Shown here: positions 33,816-47,640 of the stretch, one piece after another
Layout: every line of letters begins with the position of its first letter
Numbering within the stretch: position 1 is the first letter of the stretch
NCBI GenBank assembly: GCA_963924565.1
Contig: OZ004609.1
Coordinates: forward strand, 32,054,001 to 32,118,000
Length of the DNA: 64,000 nucleotides
Origin: Ascidiella aspersa
Taxonomy: Eukaryota
Direction of reading: 5' to 3'
The notes under the pieces: model-generated
Seen by the model: the letters and a program-made list of their open reading frames with translations, nothing else
The model's database searches: none
Told to the model about the DNA's origin: nothing
Program-made: the position numbers and the translations under genes

Positions 33816-36800
33816 GCAATCGCGCGCCTCTCTCGCTCATATCCTTCCATCCCTCCTGGGGTCCTGCTGTGCTTTTGCTGTTAATCGAAAGCCACTGCCA
33901 TCGCCATTTGTTCTCGATCGCCGGTCGGCCGCGCCCTGGGAACAATTGTGGATCGCTGGACGCACGCCAAATCGCGTCCATTGTCTTTCGTCGCGGCCCG
34001 CTGTTCCGCTACAAATTGCCCTTCAATGTATTCCAAACGGCTTCCTCATTAATCTGGAACGCGCTTTGTACACGACGTCACAGTCGGCCGATTGTTTTGA
34101 GCACAATGCTCGGCGCTGGCGATTGCGACCAGGGCCCCTTTTTTCTCTTCCGTTTTTTACGACAGCGGTCCATTTGTCAAAAACGCTACGCTCTTGGCGG
34201 CTATTTTTAGTGCGAAAACGGATCAGGCCCCGTCTCTCCCTCTCACGATAACTGCGGTATTATTCTTCTGGGTAGCACAGGTTTTTTGGGGCAGTAAAAT
34301 ACTAAAATTATTACTACTATTTACACCGACATTAACAAAAATGTAAAAACGTTAACCTACTGCCGATGCGCAGCTCAATATTCCCGGCCTCCTTTTGGCC
34401 AATGGAAAGAATAAGCCACTACACGTTCACCACTTATTTTACATTTACTTTCTTTACTTTATTTTAGTTAGTAAAAAAAGCAGTTATAGAGCGTTTGTTG
34501 CCCTATAAACTGCAGCGAGCAGCACGAATTAAAAGTCGTGCTTAACCTTGTGTATTGTATGCGGGTTGAGTTACAGTAATCCTCCATAATCCGATGCATG
34601 CTTTAGGTTTAAGGCCTGCTAAACTGTTCGATGTTTTGCTCGTGATCTGTTTAATATTGCCAGCTAACCCTGCTGATAACGTTTTGTTTGATGACACAAC
34701 CCATCCCTATCTCGACTTAAATCAATATAACTAAAGCTTTTAGGACCAAAACGAACCAGGACCAGGTGTTGTCCGTTTTGGTCAATATAGTTATTTTTCG
34801 AGTCGTGCTGAGCTATACAGTTAAGCGGAAACCGCATTAGAATGTTTTTTTATGGAGTCCCTCAGACTGCATAATCATGTCCCCAGAATAAACAAAATTA
34901 ACAATCTTTTGTTTTGAACCAGAAAAGGCAAACAAACAGTTGTTAAAACTTGGATTTCAGGAAATTTGCTACATTGTTCTTGTCAATTAACAAAGTTGCA
35001 TTTTTTTGTTTATCTTATTTGGCATTTGCCTCAGCAATTGTAACGTTAGGTATTATGGTAATTGTAGGAGCTCAAACGCTTTTTGCCATCAGCACCGCAA
35101 ATTGGCATCCCAAAATCAAAATTCAGTTTTAGACATTAGTTCCTACATTTTCAGTGTCACCGTGCGTGAGCCATAAAAACGCGAATGTGCAAAAATTACT
35201 CTTCGCAAATTCAGCGGTTTGTAAAAGAACACAAGAGTTTTGCGAAGCGCAGCCGCGCCTTAAACTTGATTGCACGCTGTCGGTTGGATTTCTAGCAGCT
35301 CTCTGTTCCGCGTAGATTGCTGTTATCGGTTTACTGGAAGCCCGGGGCTGGGAAGTGCCTTCACCGACGTTTGTTGCCACTCTGAAATACGTTGATTCTG
35401 TAAGATCGCGAGCCACTGTCTACACATGTCAACATACTCTGCAGTGATTCACGTGTAAATTTACCGTAATCTCCCTTGGCTAGAAAAACGAAACGTTGTC
35501 ATGAGCATCAGGTATATAGATTACTTTTGAAAGATTAGAAGCAGAGTCGGCGAAATGGCTCGGGTGTTTGTATAGGTACATAATCCGTTTACAGCGCAAT
35601 ATTTTCGAATAGACGGAAAAACACGGTAATGCCAAAGAATATAGTCTGCCTGCGCAATATATAACTAAATCCCTTTTGCTGCGTAAATGTCATGACAAAA
35701 GTATTTCAGGCTCTTATCGCATCATAATGTATGTAATTCAAGGTATCCTTGCCAAATTTATCACTATCGATGTTATATTCAGTATTTGTTTAATTAGAAG
35801 TTGATTGATATTTTGTTCATTCGAGCACATGGTTCATCAATTTAGGAAATTATTATATTTAAAAGTATTTCCTGTGTTTTTTAGATTTCTGAGATACGCT
35901 CAAAAAAAATTAATTTTTCTGCCATAATTCCTCGGCTTTTTCACAAGTAGTGTACTACAGAATAAGTTTAGAATAGATTGTGCCTTATGACTGGATTCGT
36001 TTTACGTGTTGTATCATCTATTTAAAGAACAAATTTGATCTTTTGCTCGCCTTTTTAGTGGTACAGGATCTCTGGATGATTGTAGGGCCTTGAACAAAAA
36101 GTACTGAAGAAAAGATTCATAAACAATATAAATGAAAAACATGTGTCGATGGTCATCACATGTGGTAAATAAATATTCACTAGCTTTATAACATTTAACC
36201 CAGGTTTATTGTTTGTTTTCTTTTATAACACATAAATTGATTAAATTATTAAAGGTCAGTGGTCACTTATTGTCATCTGGCGTAGGCTATTGTGTTGGCC
36301 GACCAAAACCTTAAGCCGCAACCACTTAAAAAAAAAACACCAAGTTTCATGAAACTTGGTGTCTGTTCCAACAACTTGATTTCCCTTAATTTGACTTGGT
36401 TTCCTCAGTTTGTTAAAAATTGGGGCTAAAGATTGGATCCTTTAACAACTAATAGGTAAAATCATTTCTCGAACTGACTAAACCTACAACGAAAGCACTT
36501 CCTGAAGCGTATGCCAGATTTTTAAATCGTTTGTCATGAGCTGTGTTGTCAAATTGTTGTTTGGACAAAATTATTTTAAACAAAAACATGTTGTATCGAT
36601 ACACGAAATTCTTGCCCTTTTTTGTTTTATATCAGTTCGAGATTGATATTTTCTCAAGATGTGGCAAAAACAACCCACCCAGTCAATCATGGAACAACAA
36701 TAGGCTTCATTATATATTTTAAAGGCAATCGTTCAAGTTCTGATACGATTTTATCGGACGTATCCACTGAGGTATTATAACTGTAACATCTAGAAACATT

Positions 36801-37093
36801 TCGATGCGATTTGACGATAGGGTGCATCATTCGACGTAAATTCCCTCCAATTCTGACACCGCAAATATACACAAATTTTTTCATAAACAATGCAACAGAT
36901 ACCATCAGCGTATCAACTTGACGTGTTAACTGTGTACCCCAAACAGCGCTCCGGCCCTATACAGCTGTGTGTCGTCGATAACCGTGTATAGGTGTATACG
37001 TTAGGGTGTATATTTGCTATTCAAAACCATCGACGGCAGGTATAGGTTTGTTAATTGCTGCGCTCTGATTTATTTATTTATTTGTTTTCTTGC

Positions 37094-37159
37094 AGGAACT
37101 GACGAAGCGACTTGGCGAAATATATTTTCCTTCTAAACAAAACGTCTGATCCTGTTTTT
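37094..37159 (+). ncRNA. Minimal hammerhead motif, family C, with tail
   Basis: AGGAA-CTGACGA-A-GC(gacttg)GC-GAAA-TATA-TT-TTCCT: 5-bp helix I, intact core, weak helix II; tail tctgatcctgttttt shared with the 38687 copy. Confidence 0.6.
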
Positions 37160-38686
37160 CATGTTTTTAACTACAAGTTTTACTTGTTAGTTGTGCATAA
37201 GTATGGTGTAAACAGAGCCGATGACCTCTTTTTGCGGCCCGAGCCATTTTCGGCACCGAGACGGCCCAATAAAATGCTGAAGATAAACCCTTTCGGCGAA
37301 AGAAATTTTCGCCGAGGCTTGTTACGCAAGCAAACATAATAACAAACACGATATATCCAAAGCAGCGAGGTTTCTCTTGTTTTTCAATTGACAACATACA
37401 GGCCGAAAAGGTCGACCATTTTACCTTCGCTTTTTGCTGCGAGTTTGTCGTATCAATTAAAATAGGAGTTGTACACGTTACCTAAAGGTCAGTAGTGTAT
37501 CCAGATCCCTATCAAAAATAAAATCAACTTTACATGTCAGAAACTTGTGGAGCTGGAAATAACTCTAGTGCTCCAAATATCTCGATTAAAGTTTTAAATT
37601 TAACGCGATTCAAAATTAAGTAAAGAATACCACGACAAGGTCTTTGCCTAAATATTGTGTTGTCCCGTGGTTCAATGAGACCGACATCACATAAATAAAA
37701 AGAACTTTGTCCATAATCATTTGGAAAGAAAGAAAGAATAACATCCCCAAGACTTTTGTTTTAACAACGCCAAGAATTAAAACTGTGCCGTTAAAAAGGC
37801 TGCGTACGACACCTAGTGAGCGAAAATCCGTATTTTGTTTTCCGCACGGTACACATACCGAATAAAACACTAAATCTACCTAAGTGCAGTTGATTGAGAA
37901 AACATAATTATACTAAGAAAAACAAATATCTTGAATAGTTACAGGGTTTTAACGGATCTCTAAGGTTTATGATATTTTAGGAAATGAGTCATTGAAGTAT
38001 AACGGTAGATCTTATTCTACATTAAAACAGATTGATGGCATCTATGTGCATGTTTTATGATTCACTCAGCTAACCAAAGATGTAACATAAGAATTTAAAA
38101 TGGTAAAGTTAACACCATGTTTAATATCGTTGTTAAACTATCATAGTTGATGTATACGATGTTAATTCCACTTTGCGTTTGTTTGATAAAGTTTGCATCG
38201 CGTATCGGTCATTTTAAACAAAATGGAGTATTCAGTGTCTTTATGCATTTCTTTTGTTAAATTGTGTAATAGTACGATATTATTTTATTATTTTCCAACA
38301 ATCCTGCACACCAGAATTGTTGTCTTATCCTAAATTAGATTGGTATAAATGCCGCTCTATACCTATCATGACAAACGTATAGTTCAAAAACTTAAGAACT
38401 ATTTCAATAATTGTCAAAGTTAAACTAACCGAAAAACTGTTTCTAAGGTTAACAATTATCAGTCAAAGAAGTATCTTAGAATGTCAATGTTTTATATAAT
38501 TTAAAAACTTTTTTATGAGACCACTTCAATTAATTAAAACAGTCCGCAAGTGTTTACGTTTGATGCACAAAGCCGGAACGATTTTCGTTTCCAACATATG
38601 CACGTATTTCTTTATGTGCAACTGAACGGGATTGTGTTTTCACTACAGTTTTGACATTTGCATATCGTATAAGACAATACCCGAAT

Positions 38687-38750
38687 AAAAACAGGATCAG
38701 ATATTTTAAGGGATATATATTCAGCTTATGCATGCATCGTCAGTTCATGT
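38687..38750 (-). ncRNA. Degenerate hammerhead motif, family C
   Basis: Minus strand reads gaa-CTGACGA-T-GC..GC-TGAA-TATATA-T..aaaatatctgatcctgttttt; the GAAA core is mutated. Confidence 0.4.
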
Positions 38751-39814
38751 AAACAAAGTAAAATACATATAGCATAGTAATAATAAAATTAACGAAAAAG
38801 TCAAAAACGTTCTTTTTTGAATGCAACATTTTTGGTAAAAATGGTGTGGGCCCACTCGCGGCTCCTAAAATTCGATGTGACCTCTGCGAGGTCGTTACCC
38901 CCAGTTTGGGGACCTCAACAAGCGACCCAGTAAATAATAAGGCCATCCTAAGTATGTTACACGTCCGTTTGACAAGCAACGGCTCAATGCCTCGGCATAA
39001 ACAAAGCCTACAGTTACATGCACGGTATTTCTGTAATCGAATTAATCAGACAATCTCTTGCGGTTGGCATTTACGCGGATAACACAAAGTCGAAGTTTGC
39101 TAAGTGTCAGTCAGGACCACAAAATACTTATCTCAAGCAGTGTTATTTCGACTTGCTGAACGCCCGACTTCATTCTCAAAAGTCACACCGAACAGATTTG
39201 CGGAGGGGGGCGGCGGATCGTGCGTCATACTACGTCATCGCCTGTAGTCTGGCAACGATGCGTGACTTCACTGGTTCAGGTGTCGTGTATTCTGTCTTGG
39301 GTAATTAGCGATGTGAGTGAACCTCTTTGATATGGAAACCTCTCTGCAAGCTTTACACGAAAATATCACTTTTTGATCTAATGTGTTTTCTTACGCTGTA
39401 TTATTATTGTGGTCTCTCAGATTAAAAAAGCAATCAAGTATATTGTTGCCTGTTAGACCCCTTGTGGACTTCTGATGTGGAATCAGTTAAGCCAGTTCTT
39501 TCCAAATAGTTTTAAGAGTCTCGGATGACATCGTCAATTTCTCGCCAAATGTTACATCTATGGATATTGTAGTTTTTTGAAAATTATTATTATTATTTTT
39601 TTAATTCCAATGTCAGACTATTTCAAAACCCTTTCTCGGCGTTTCTCAACCTATTGGTCGCAATCCAAAATTGATCGCCGACTGTGGTAGCTTTATATGT
39701 TTAGATTTATTGATATTGGTTAAACAAGATTTCTCCACAATTTGAAAAACCTGCGGAAGCAATGGAAAGACATGGTGAATGGGTCATATAAATTGAGTCC
39801 CAACATATTAATGC

Positions 39815-40045
39815 TATAACGGAGTGTTGCTCTTCCAGCAGTATATATGATAGATCGACGTTTCGACGTGCTATACAGGACTTCTTCATCAGGATACTGA
39901 CGTATCGTGCAAAACAGATTCCTTATAAATGGAGAATAACAATTTGTGCGATTCAAACCTTGTACCAACGCTCATTGGTTTAAGAGCGCGCGATAGCTTA
40001 TCGGCATTTGAACGTCAGTATTTACGTTCATCGTGCTGGCGCGTG
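39815..40045 (-). mobile_element. Second family A pseudo-LTR copy with hammerhead motif (core 39857-39892)
   Basis: The reverse complement aligns with ~8402-8635 and contains CTGATGA-A-GAAGT..ACGTC-GAAACGTC, with one extra helix II mismatch. Confidence 0.7.
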
Positions 40046-43000
40046 AATAGATATTCCACGACTCAAGAAATATTAATGCTAATTTATCTTTATTGGCTTA
40101 CGAAATGTCCAGTGTAGAAAATTGGTTTGGCAAAACTTTGCTGTTATCCTCATGCGCGTTTGGTACTTGGGTAGCCGCGTAAAAAGATTGAGAAACACTA
40201 TGGGGTATTCGAAAAATGCTTGCCGAAACAAAAAAACAAGAAATCTTCTGTTTATTGCTGCTAAAGGATGCGGAAAAATTGATAAACAAAAGGGGCGGAT
40301 GACCAAAAAGTTTGCGAAGTCCTGAGTCAAAGAAACAATGGCAATTTTGCTAGGTGTTAGTTAGAGGTACTTAAACATAACATGGTAGAAGATATAGTCG
40401 AAACCGCGCAAAGCTAATTTCAAGAAATCCCATGAATTTGTAAAACGATTAAAATACTTGCAACGTCATACCGTTACCGAGTAGTCTTGCGAAAATTTGC
40501 GAAACCAGCTTTCCGCGTGGAAATTCTTTTACCTAGAAATTGACAAAAAAAACGCCAGAAAACCTCAATAAAACCGCTGCGAACAGCAATAAGCCAAAAG
40601 TCGATCGGAAAACCCCGACAGTTCACCTAGGTTTGGGTAAACACGGCCTGAAATCAAATCCGCAAAAAACCGTAAGGATTTTCACGGCGGCCGCTAAATC
40701 CGAGCGGATTTTGCCTCGTCGGAATGCTTTTATCGATTAGGCGCAAAAATTCGCGGCCGAAATAAAGACAAAGGAATAAGTTTTTTTTTGGCTTCGGACT
40801 GGTCGCTCGATTTGCCGGAGGCTATTTGACGCTTTAAGGTTATAAGTCCACAACAGTTTCTCAATTGTTATAAGCCAGGCCTGCATAACTCAAAATGGAA
40901 GAGGGGCGTAACAAGAAAACTATTTTCACGAGCCGCGTAATTAATGTAACCATTGTAAGGGGTGAATCGAAAAAGAAATATATCCGAATTATGAAAAAAA
41001 TTAATGAATACAACCGTTAGCTTATATTCTTAAACTTATGCAATATAATTGTAGCAACACTTTATAATCGAAGTTAAAAAAAACCTTGCCGTGGTTCTTA
41101 AACTGTTTTAAGTTTTAAATCCTCTTTGCTTCTTGAAAATATTGGTGGACCCTGTCAATTTTTTGAACTGGGATTTTTTAAATCGCCCTATGATAATTAC
41201 TCTAATATTCCATGTAGTTCTCTTACAAACAACTTAATTTGTATATAAGCTGTCAAATGTTGTTTTCTAAATATTATCATGGGAATTGATGTGTTCCGCC
41301 AAATATAATTCATAAGTCAAATATTTAATAGATGTTGCGCAGATCTCTGCCCCATATGACCCCGAGGGGTCTGCAGACCACTGTTTGGATACCATTGTAC
41401 CTGCAAAAATGGTTCTACATCGAGAGGGCAGCATTAAAAGGTTGCACGGACCTTGTCCGTTATTCAGGCCTTTTTTAAGCAACCGCACTAAAAGGCTTGG
41501 CGCTCGCCGCGTGAAATCGGTTTATTTGGCGACAATCTTCTCGCATTATCGCCCGTTGGCAGCTCGCGTAAACAGCCAATACTCGGGAAAACTCGCTTCC
41601 CTGAAAAGCCGTCGCCGTGTGTATGTAAACGGCCTTTACTTTTACGAGCCTATTCGCTTCCGTCTTTTTTGCGTGCGAATATTTCCGCCCATTTTTCGCG
41701 GCAAACGTGTAGGTGTTGAAAGGCTTGCGTCACTTAGTTGTGATTCGAGCGTGTGCACTCTGTTTACATGCGTCGATGCGGCGTCTTTACGCGTAATGCG
41801 TACCTGCGTTTGACTTATGCGCGCAATAACATCAACAGCAACCAGAAAGCTGAGCTTGCAGGTTGCAATGCTCGGATTCCGATGAGATTTCGATTCAAGC
41901 AAACAGCGAGCGATTTTGAACAGAGGTTTGCGTATTTTTCTCTTAATTTGTTATGAACTTTCAACACTCATGAACCTCTTGAATATAATTGTTACAATTT
42001 GTTGTTTTTATAATTAGAAAAAAAAAGCTTAGTCTCCCCCAAACACACACACATAAACACAAATCTCTTTTAAAAAACTAAACGACCTAATACTTTGTAA
42101 ACTATATTCCCTTTATAATATCTATAGTTAAAAAAGCCACAAAATTAAAGCCCTCAAAAATTAACCACAGAGATGGACTAAAGCTTGCACTTACACACAA
42201 AGAAGTATTGAAAAACAAGATGTCGTTCAAGGTTCAGTCAGTTCCGAGTGCAAAATATTGCAAACTTATTTGTCCGTTTTCACGACCGCTCCGGAAATCA
42301 GTCGTGTACCTTTTACTTTCATTTTCATATAAACTCTCATTTTCATATAAACTTGAGGCAGGAAAAAAGTGCATTGAAAACTGTATAGGTCGTGTAATCC
42401 AGCATAGGAATTGGCAAATCGAAAATCCTTGCTAAAACATTGAGCTTGGTTTTTAGTGGCTTTATTACCTGCCCTGGTTGCGTCTCCTCGCCGCATCTTG
42501 TTGTGATGCGAAAAATATTTATCAAAATCGCATTAGCCGTGATTAATACAAAGTAAAACGGTCGTTTGGCAAGTGTAGGTTGTTTGTGGGTAAAACGGAA
42601 TACAAGTCTCAACAATGAGACTCATGTTCAACCTCGTCTATTCATCAAGATCGCGGCCCACAAAAGACTGCAGGGTTCATCTCGGGTGCAAAAACCTGCG
42701 CAAACTCCGTTTTGCGGTCTAACTCGTTTCTCATTTCCCCGTAATAAGCTTGTTTTGCTGCCGTTTCTTGCGCCTGGAAGTTGGATGAACTACCATGGAC
42801 AAATACGCTTTTTCTTCAGCTGCTTTATATTTCGGTATTGGGTTTCCGCGGATAACTTTGCTTCATGTAAGTCTGAGTATTATCTGTCTGTCTTGGATTG
42901 AACTAGGAGCAACTCCTGGGATTTTTCCAATAATTCGACCTAATGCTTTATCGTTTCGATATACGTCTAGCAATTTCAGGAGTTTAACTTTGTCATCGGC

Positions 43001-46000
43001 GCAAAGTCTATTATTATTCTTTTTCTCAAAGGGCTATTAAGTTAAGGCCATAACATTCTTCAGACGACAACGAAACTAAGTAGAATCAGTCGATAGCCAA
43101 ATCGTATAAACATCGTTGATCTCACTTTAAAGGCTTCTTATTATCCGCGATGTTGTGTAAAACACGATGAACATATTAGTCATCTCTGTGTCTGATTTTC
43201 GACGAAACGTGCATAAACTTGGCATGACATGCTGCTCGAATTTAACCAAGTCTTAATGTATCAGTGCTAAAATTACTTGGTGTTTAAAAATTTCTACCCC
43301 GAGGGCTTTGCCTCTGTTAAAAGAGTAAACACCATTGAAACCTGCAGTTTTTTAGCTTAAGTTTCGTTCGGAAACAACCGATCAATGCTCCGACAAACAA
43401 ACATACAGACAGAACACAAAACGCGCAAAAGTGCGACCTTCTCTGATGTCACAATCCCTTCCACCCACCGTAAACATATTTATCGACCATTAAAGCTAAA
43501 GGGTCATAATAAGTATTTGAAACAAATAGTAAAAACGTCAAAAAAGTAAAAACGTCGACCCAGTGTCTTTTTGTCTTGTTGATTATTACTTGATTGTGTT
43601 TGTTGTAGATGAAAACTATGTTTGGGAGGCTATAACACAACTTTTTCGGCTAGTAGAGGCAGCCCAGTCCGTTATCTTCCCAATCGCTGGAAAATTTTAC
43701 CAAGCATCAAATAAAAAAAATGCCCGAAAAACTGACTGACGATTCTGTTTCGCGCAAACCGACCGTTGCACTTGGAAAGCCCGAAAAAGGAGAAATGACG
43801 AGCGGCGGTTTCCAAGCTTTGAGTCGGGGTCGATCGGTCGATGACCTTATGCGATCCAACAACGAGATACGAAGCCAGAAAGAACAGCCTGCCTCCTTGT
43901 TAGGATTCAAGGGTGGGGCCTTGCCTCGTTTATTTTGCCGCTTGCATTTTGTTCGCTTTTTATCGCACCAATTAAGCTGGCCGATAGCGATCGTGTCGAA
44001 ATTACACGGCACCGCGTATAGCGGGCCTGCTGTGCAAATGCGCGGACTTGCAACATTTTCAAGTCTCTAAAAACTAGGTTAAGCGCCGGAGCGGCAAAGA
44101 ACTTGCTAACGCGGCCGATCGGTGAGGCACTAAAAAGCAATCAAGCCTTCTGAATTTGATAAACTTAAAATTTTGTTTCCATGAACATTTTTTGTGTTTA
44201 TTTCTGCTTGAACTTTTAGACGCGGGTAATTTCGATGTTTGAATAAGTGTTTGGATAAATCTTGAATTGGGCGATTTCCGATAGAGATGGTCGTAACTCA
44301 TTGATTTACCAAGATACAAGACATATTAGACTGTCGGTTATAATGTCTATACCCATAATGTCAAGTTCAAATTGCCATAGTTTAATTAAATAATAAGGTA
44401 AAACGTTGCTTTCTATATGGCGTAAAATCGTTTGCCTGCCTTTACTTCGATTAGGATAGATCGATATCGATACCAACACGGTATCGGACGTTCACCGATA
44501 ATACCAACACGTATCGGACACAGGATCTCATACAATCACCTGTCGATATGTTTCGCTGAGCCAAAAATAAACCAAACGACTGGGATTCGTGCTGCAGTTA
44601 AAACTCGAAGGCCGGATCACGAAAAGTAGGTCGTCTCAGATGAAAACGTGGCATTTCGACTTGTATATGATCCGCGCGCCCGAGAGATCTCGTCTAATCA
44701 GGTGCTTTTATCGCGGCGCATTCGCGTTGAGCCTTGCAATTTCACGCCCCTGCAAAGGCTGCCGGTGCTCTTTGCAAAAAGATGGCAAAAAAGCGCCGGC
44801 GCTGATGCTAAAACGTGTGTTTCTCGTCACGTCTAACGCTTTTACACGTTTCTGAAGGTCAGCTCATAGGCCTGAAGGCGCATTTACAAGCACGAAGTGC
44901 ACAACATACGACTCTTGTCATGCGGCTATTTTTGTAGGGTTTATGCGAGAGACGTGATTTTTTGGGTAGGATAGCATGCAAATTTAGTCACCTTTCTCCT
45001 TTATTTAAAAGCACATGCAAAAGTTCTCTATGTAAATAAACATCTTGCGAAAAACGTACGCTTATAGGAGTTAGGATGCAGCAGGTTAGAGCGTTTCGGT
45101 TTTTAAGTGAAAATCTATTACGCCTTTTGTGCCTTATTTTGTAGTTGGAAGAGCAATGGTCTGGGAAAGGATAAAATAGTTAGGGAGAGTCTCAACGCAA
45201 ACCATAATCTTAAGTAAGGTTAGTTGGAAGTATGTTGATACACCATAAAACTAAATGGTTGTTCGCTGCATGATGATTTTCCTACTACAAATTGTGTCGA
45301 TTTTTTGCCATTTTATTATTACTATAAAAAGAATCAAAAATGAATTCCTTTCTCACGCTTAAGACTCATGCCTTTCTAAAATTGCTGATCCCAGTTACGT
45401 TACGTTTTAAATTCCCGTGTTAAAATTGTTTGAGTTCTACATATTTTTTTTGTTTTCAGGAGTTCTACACAATAGTTTTGGGCAAGCATATATTTTTAAG
45501 GTAGGCTGTTGCATAAAACTGTTTTAGAAATGCCCGTTTTATGTTTGTGCAAGGTCTTATGTACTAAACGCAACAGTTAGTAGCTCATTTGTTACACAAT
45601 TATAAAATTATCCGCTCGATGCCGCTATAGCAACGCTATTCTCACGAATCAAAGCGACAGACGCGTTTACGCACGTAATCTTTTGCTTCTGATGGCATCT
45701 GGTGCGAATAAAATAAAATTAATCCAAATTATAATCCAATTACAGTTTGATTCAGAGCGGCGCTTGAGTTCAAATGCATCTGTTTGCTTTTGACAACGCG
45801 TGTTTAACCATTCGTTGATGAACAATTTAGTCACACAGGAGTATGCAAGAAGAATTGAGTTTTTTTTAACTAGTAATATTGTTAACCTACTAATTTAAAT
45901 TGGTAAACTCGTCCGTGTATGAGCAAATCTCAATTAAAAATAACAAAAACGCGAAAAAATGCCAGCAAATGGTTTCACGAAATAAATTTGAAAAAAATAA

Positions 46001-46845
46001 CCCAAATTAAATTAAAAATATTAAACATAAACATCTTATTTTAACCCAAGCTTGCTAACCACCTCAATTTTGACTAAATATGTATTAATTGAAAACTATT
46101 AAACTTCGCCAAATTATTTGCCCAAATGCTTGATGTCCAAGTCAAAGTATTTGTCCAAAATACTTCGGTTTTGAGTCTAGTAGTTTCAAAACAGTGAATT
46201 AATTGAATTTAGGTGACTTATGGCACATGCGGCCATGCATTTGTAAAGAGTGTAACATGTTAGGTACTGCTTGCCATAAACAAATCAACATTCATACCAC
46301 ATTTTAGGGTCTATGACCAGTCGTTTGACGGCAATAGATTGGAATTTGACATTAAGCACAACAATGAGCACTCTTAAAGAAATCGTTATTGCGGAAATAA
46401 TCTCCCTCAATTGGGCAGTTGTTATTGGTCAGCCGGTGTAAAAACTCGTAAAATTCAGCTTTAAAGAGATTTTACCACTCAGTAATCTGTATTCCGCTTC
46501 CCTGTTTTGTAAAAAAACAACAGCAGTAAATTGCTCGCAGGTCGCGCGGCTCTGCTGCCATTTCGAAACACGAGTTGTACTGAAGAGCCCGCAACAAATT
46601 GCCTCGTTAAATGGTTGAACAGCGAACGAGCGAGCGAGACGAATCGATTCCAAAACAGGTTATTCTTGATTTTTTTAGTAGCGCCATACTTAGCTTTAAC
46701 TCAAATGCAGCAAAATTGCAGGCGCTATCGCAGATTTCACGCCTGCCATTTTTTTGGACGTCAAAAATCTCCGTCGTGTGCGGCGGTGGCACCTTTTCAA
46801 GTAAAACCATCCGTTTAAAGCAGTTTCCGACTTTTTTGTCTAGGT

Positions 46846-47125
46846 CAGTGGTTCTTAACCCTTTTCCTTGCTGCACCCCTTACAAATAACCAACCAGCTC
46901 TCGCAACCCCTTCTAGAAATGCTTGAATAACAAAATCATTGGAATTTTATTTTTATACAAGTAACTGGTAATACAATAACACACTACCAAAATGTGAGTT
47001 AAATTTACATTTAATTGAACATAAATGACATTATACATTTTTCTGTGTCTGATTCAGCATCCCCACATCCCCTTGGAACAGTTCTCGCACTCCTTGGGGT
47101 TGCGACCCCTGGTTAAGGAACCCTG
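46846..47125. mobile_element. hAT-type MITE
   Basis: TIRs cagtggttcttaacc / ggttaaggaaccctg; perfect 8-bp TSD gtctaggt. Confidence 0.88.
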
Positions 47126-47289
47126 GTCTAGGTATTTGGTCGGTCGTTAGATATTGTTGGTATCGATATATTTTAACCACTTTGTACAAAGAACAAGTTA
47201 AACGATGAAATAAATAATAAATTCACGCACAAAATGAAAAAAACGGAGGCTCGCATAGTTTGATTAAAATACAATGCACTGATGATAGT

Positions 47290-47403
47290 AATAAACAGTC
47301 CTTCTTGTAATTGTAATTGTTAGCCAATGTTTCGGTAACCTATTTAAATCGCCGTCTTCGGAATGAATGACTGGGTAGCTTTCCAGAGGAGCTGTTTTTG
47401 ATT
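47290..47403 (-). ncRNA. Hammerhead-like motif, family B, degenerate, with an inverted tail copy
   Basis: Minus strand reads CCGAAGA-C-GGCGATTT(aaat)AGGTTACC-GAAA-CA-TT-gg..aattacaattacaagaaggactgttt; tail copy in the opposite orientation at 47381-47403. Confidence 0.5.
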
Positions 47404-47529
47404 ATTATGATTATTATTATGCCTGGTAGCAACAGTTTATATACTGTTCTCAAAACTTAAAAACAATATTATTCTTTAATCGCTATAACTGTTGTAACGG
47501 ATATTTGTGGCATTTGTTTGGTTAAGTTG

Positions 47530-47640
47530 TTTGGACCGCTCCACTACCTAAATATCCTAGCTCAGAACGGGCGGGATTTGAAGCAAAGACCCTCGGAACC
47601 GGCGACCTGAAGACAAGCACTCACACTGCTCCCTGGCGGC
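47530..47640 (-). mobile_element. Possible degenerate tRNA-derived SINE head
   Basis: Minus strand shows an A-box-like gggagcagtgtg and a B-box-like gcttcaaatcc at tRNA-like spacing; both are imperfect. Confidence 0.3.

Noticed and set aside
47279-47300. Other CTGAnGA heptamers (47279, ~19023, ~36104, ~37277, ~46560, ~47607, ~52613 minus, ~63229)
   Set aside because: No helix II closed by GAAA and a cleavage triplet follows, so they were not counted as hammerheads.
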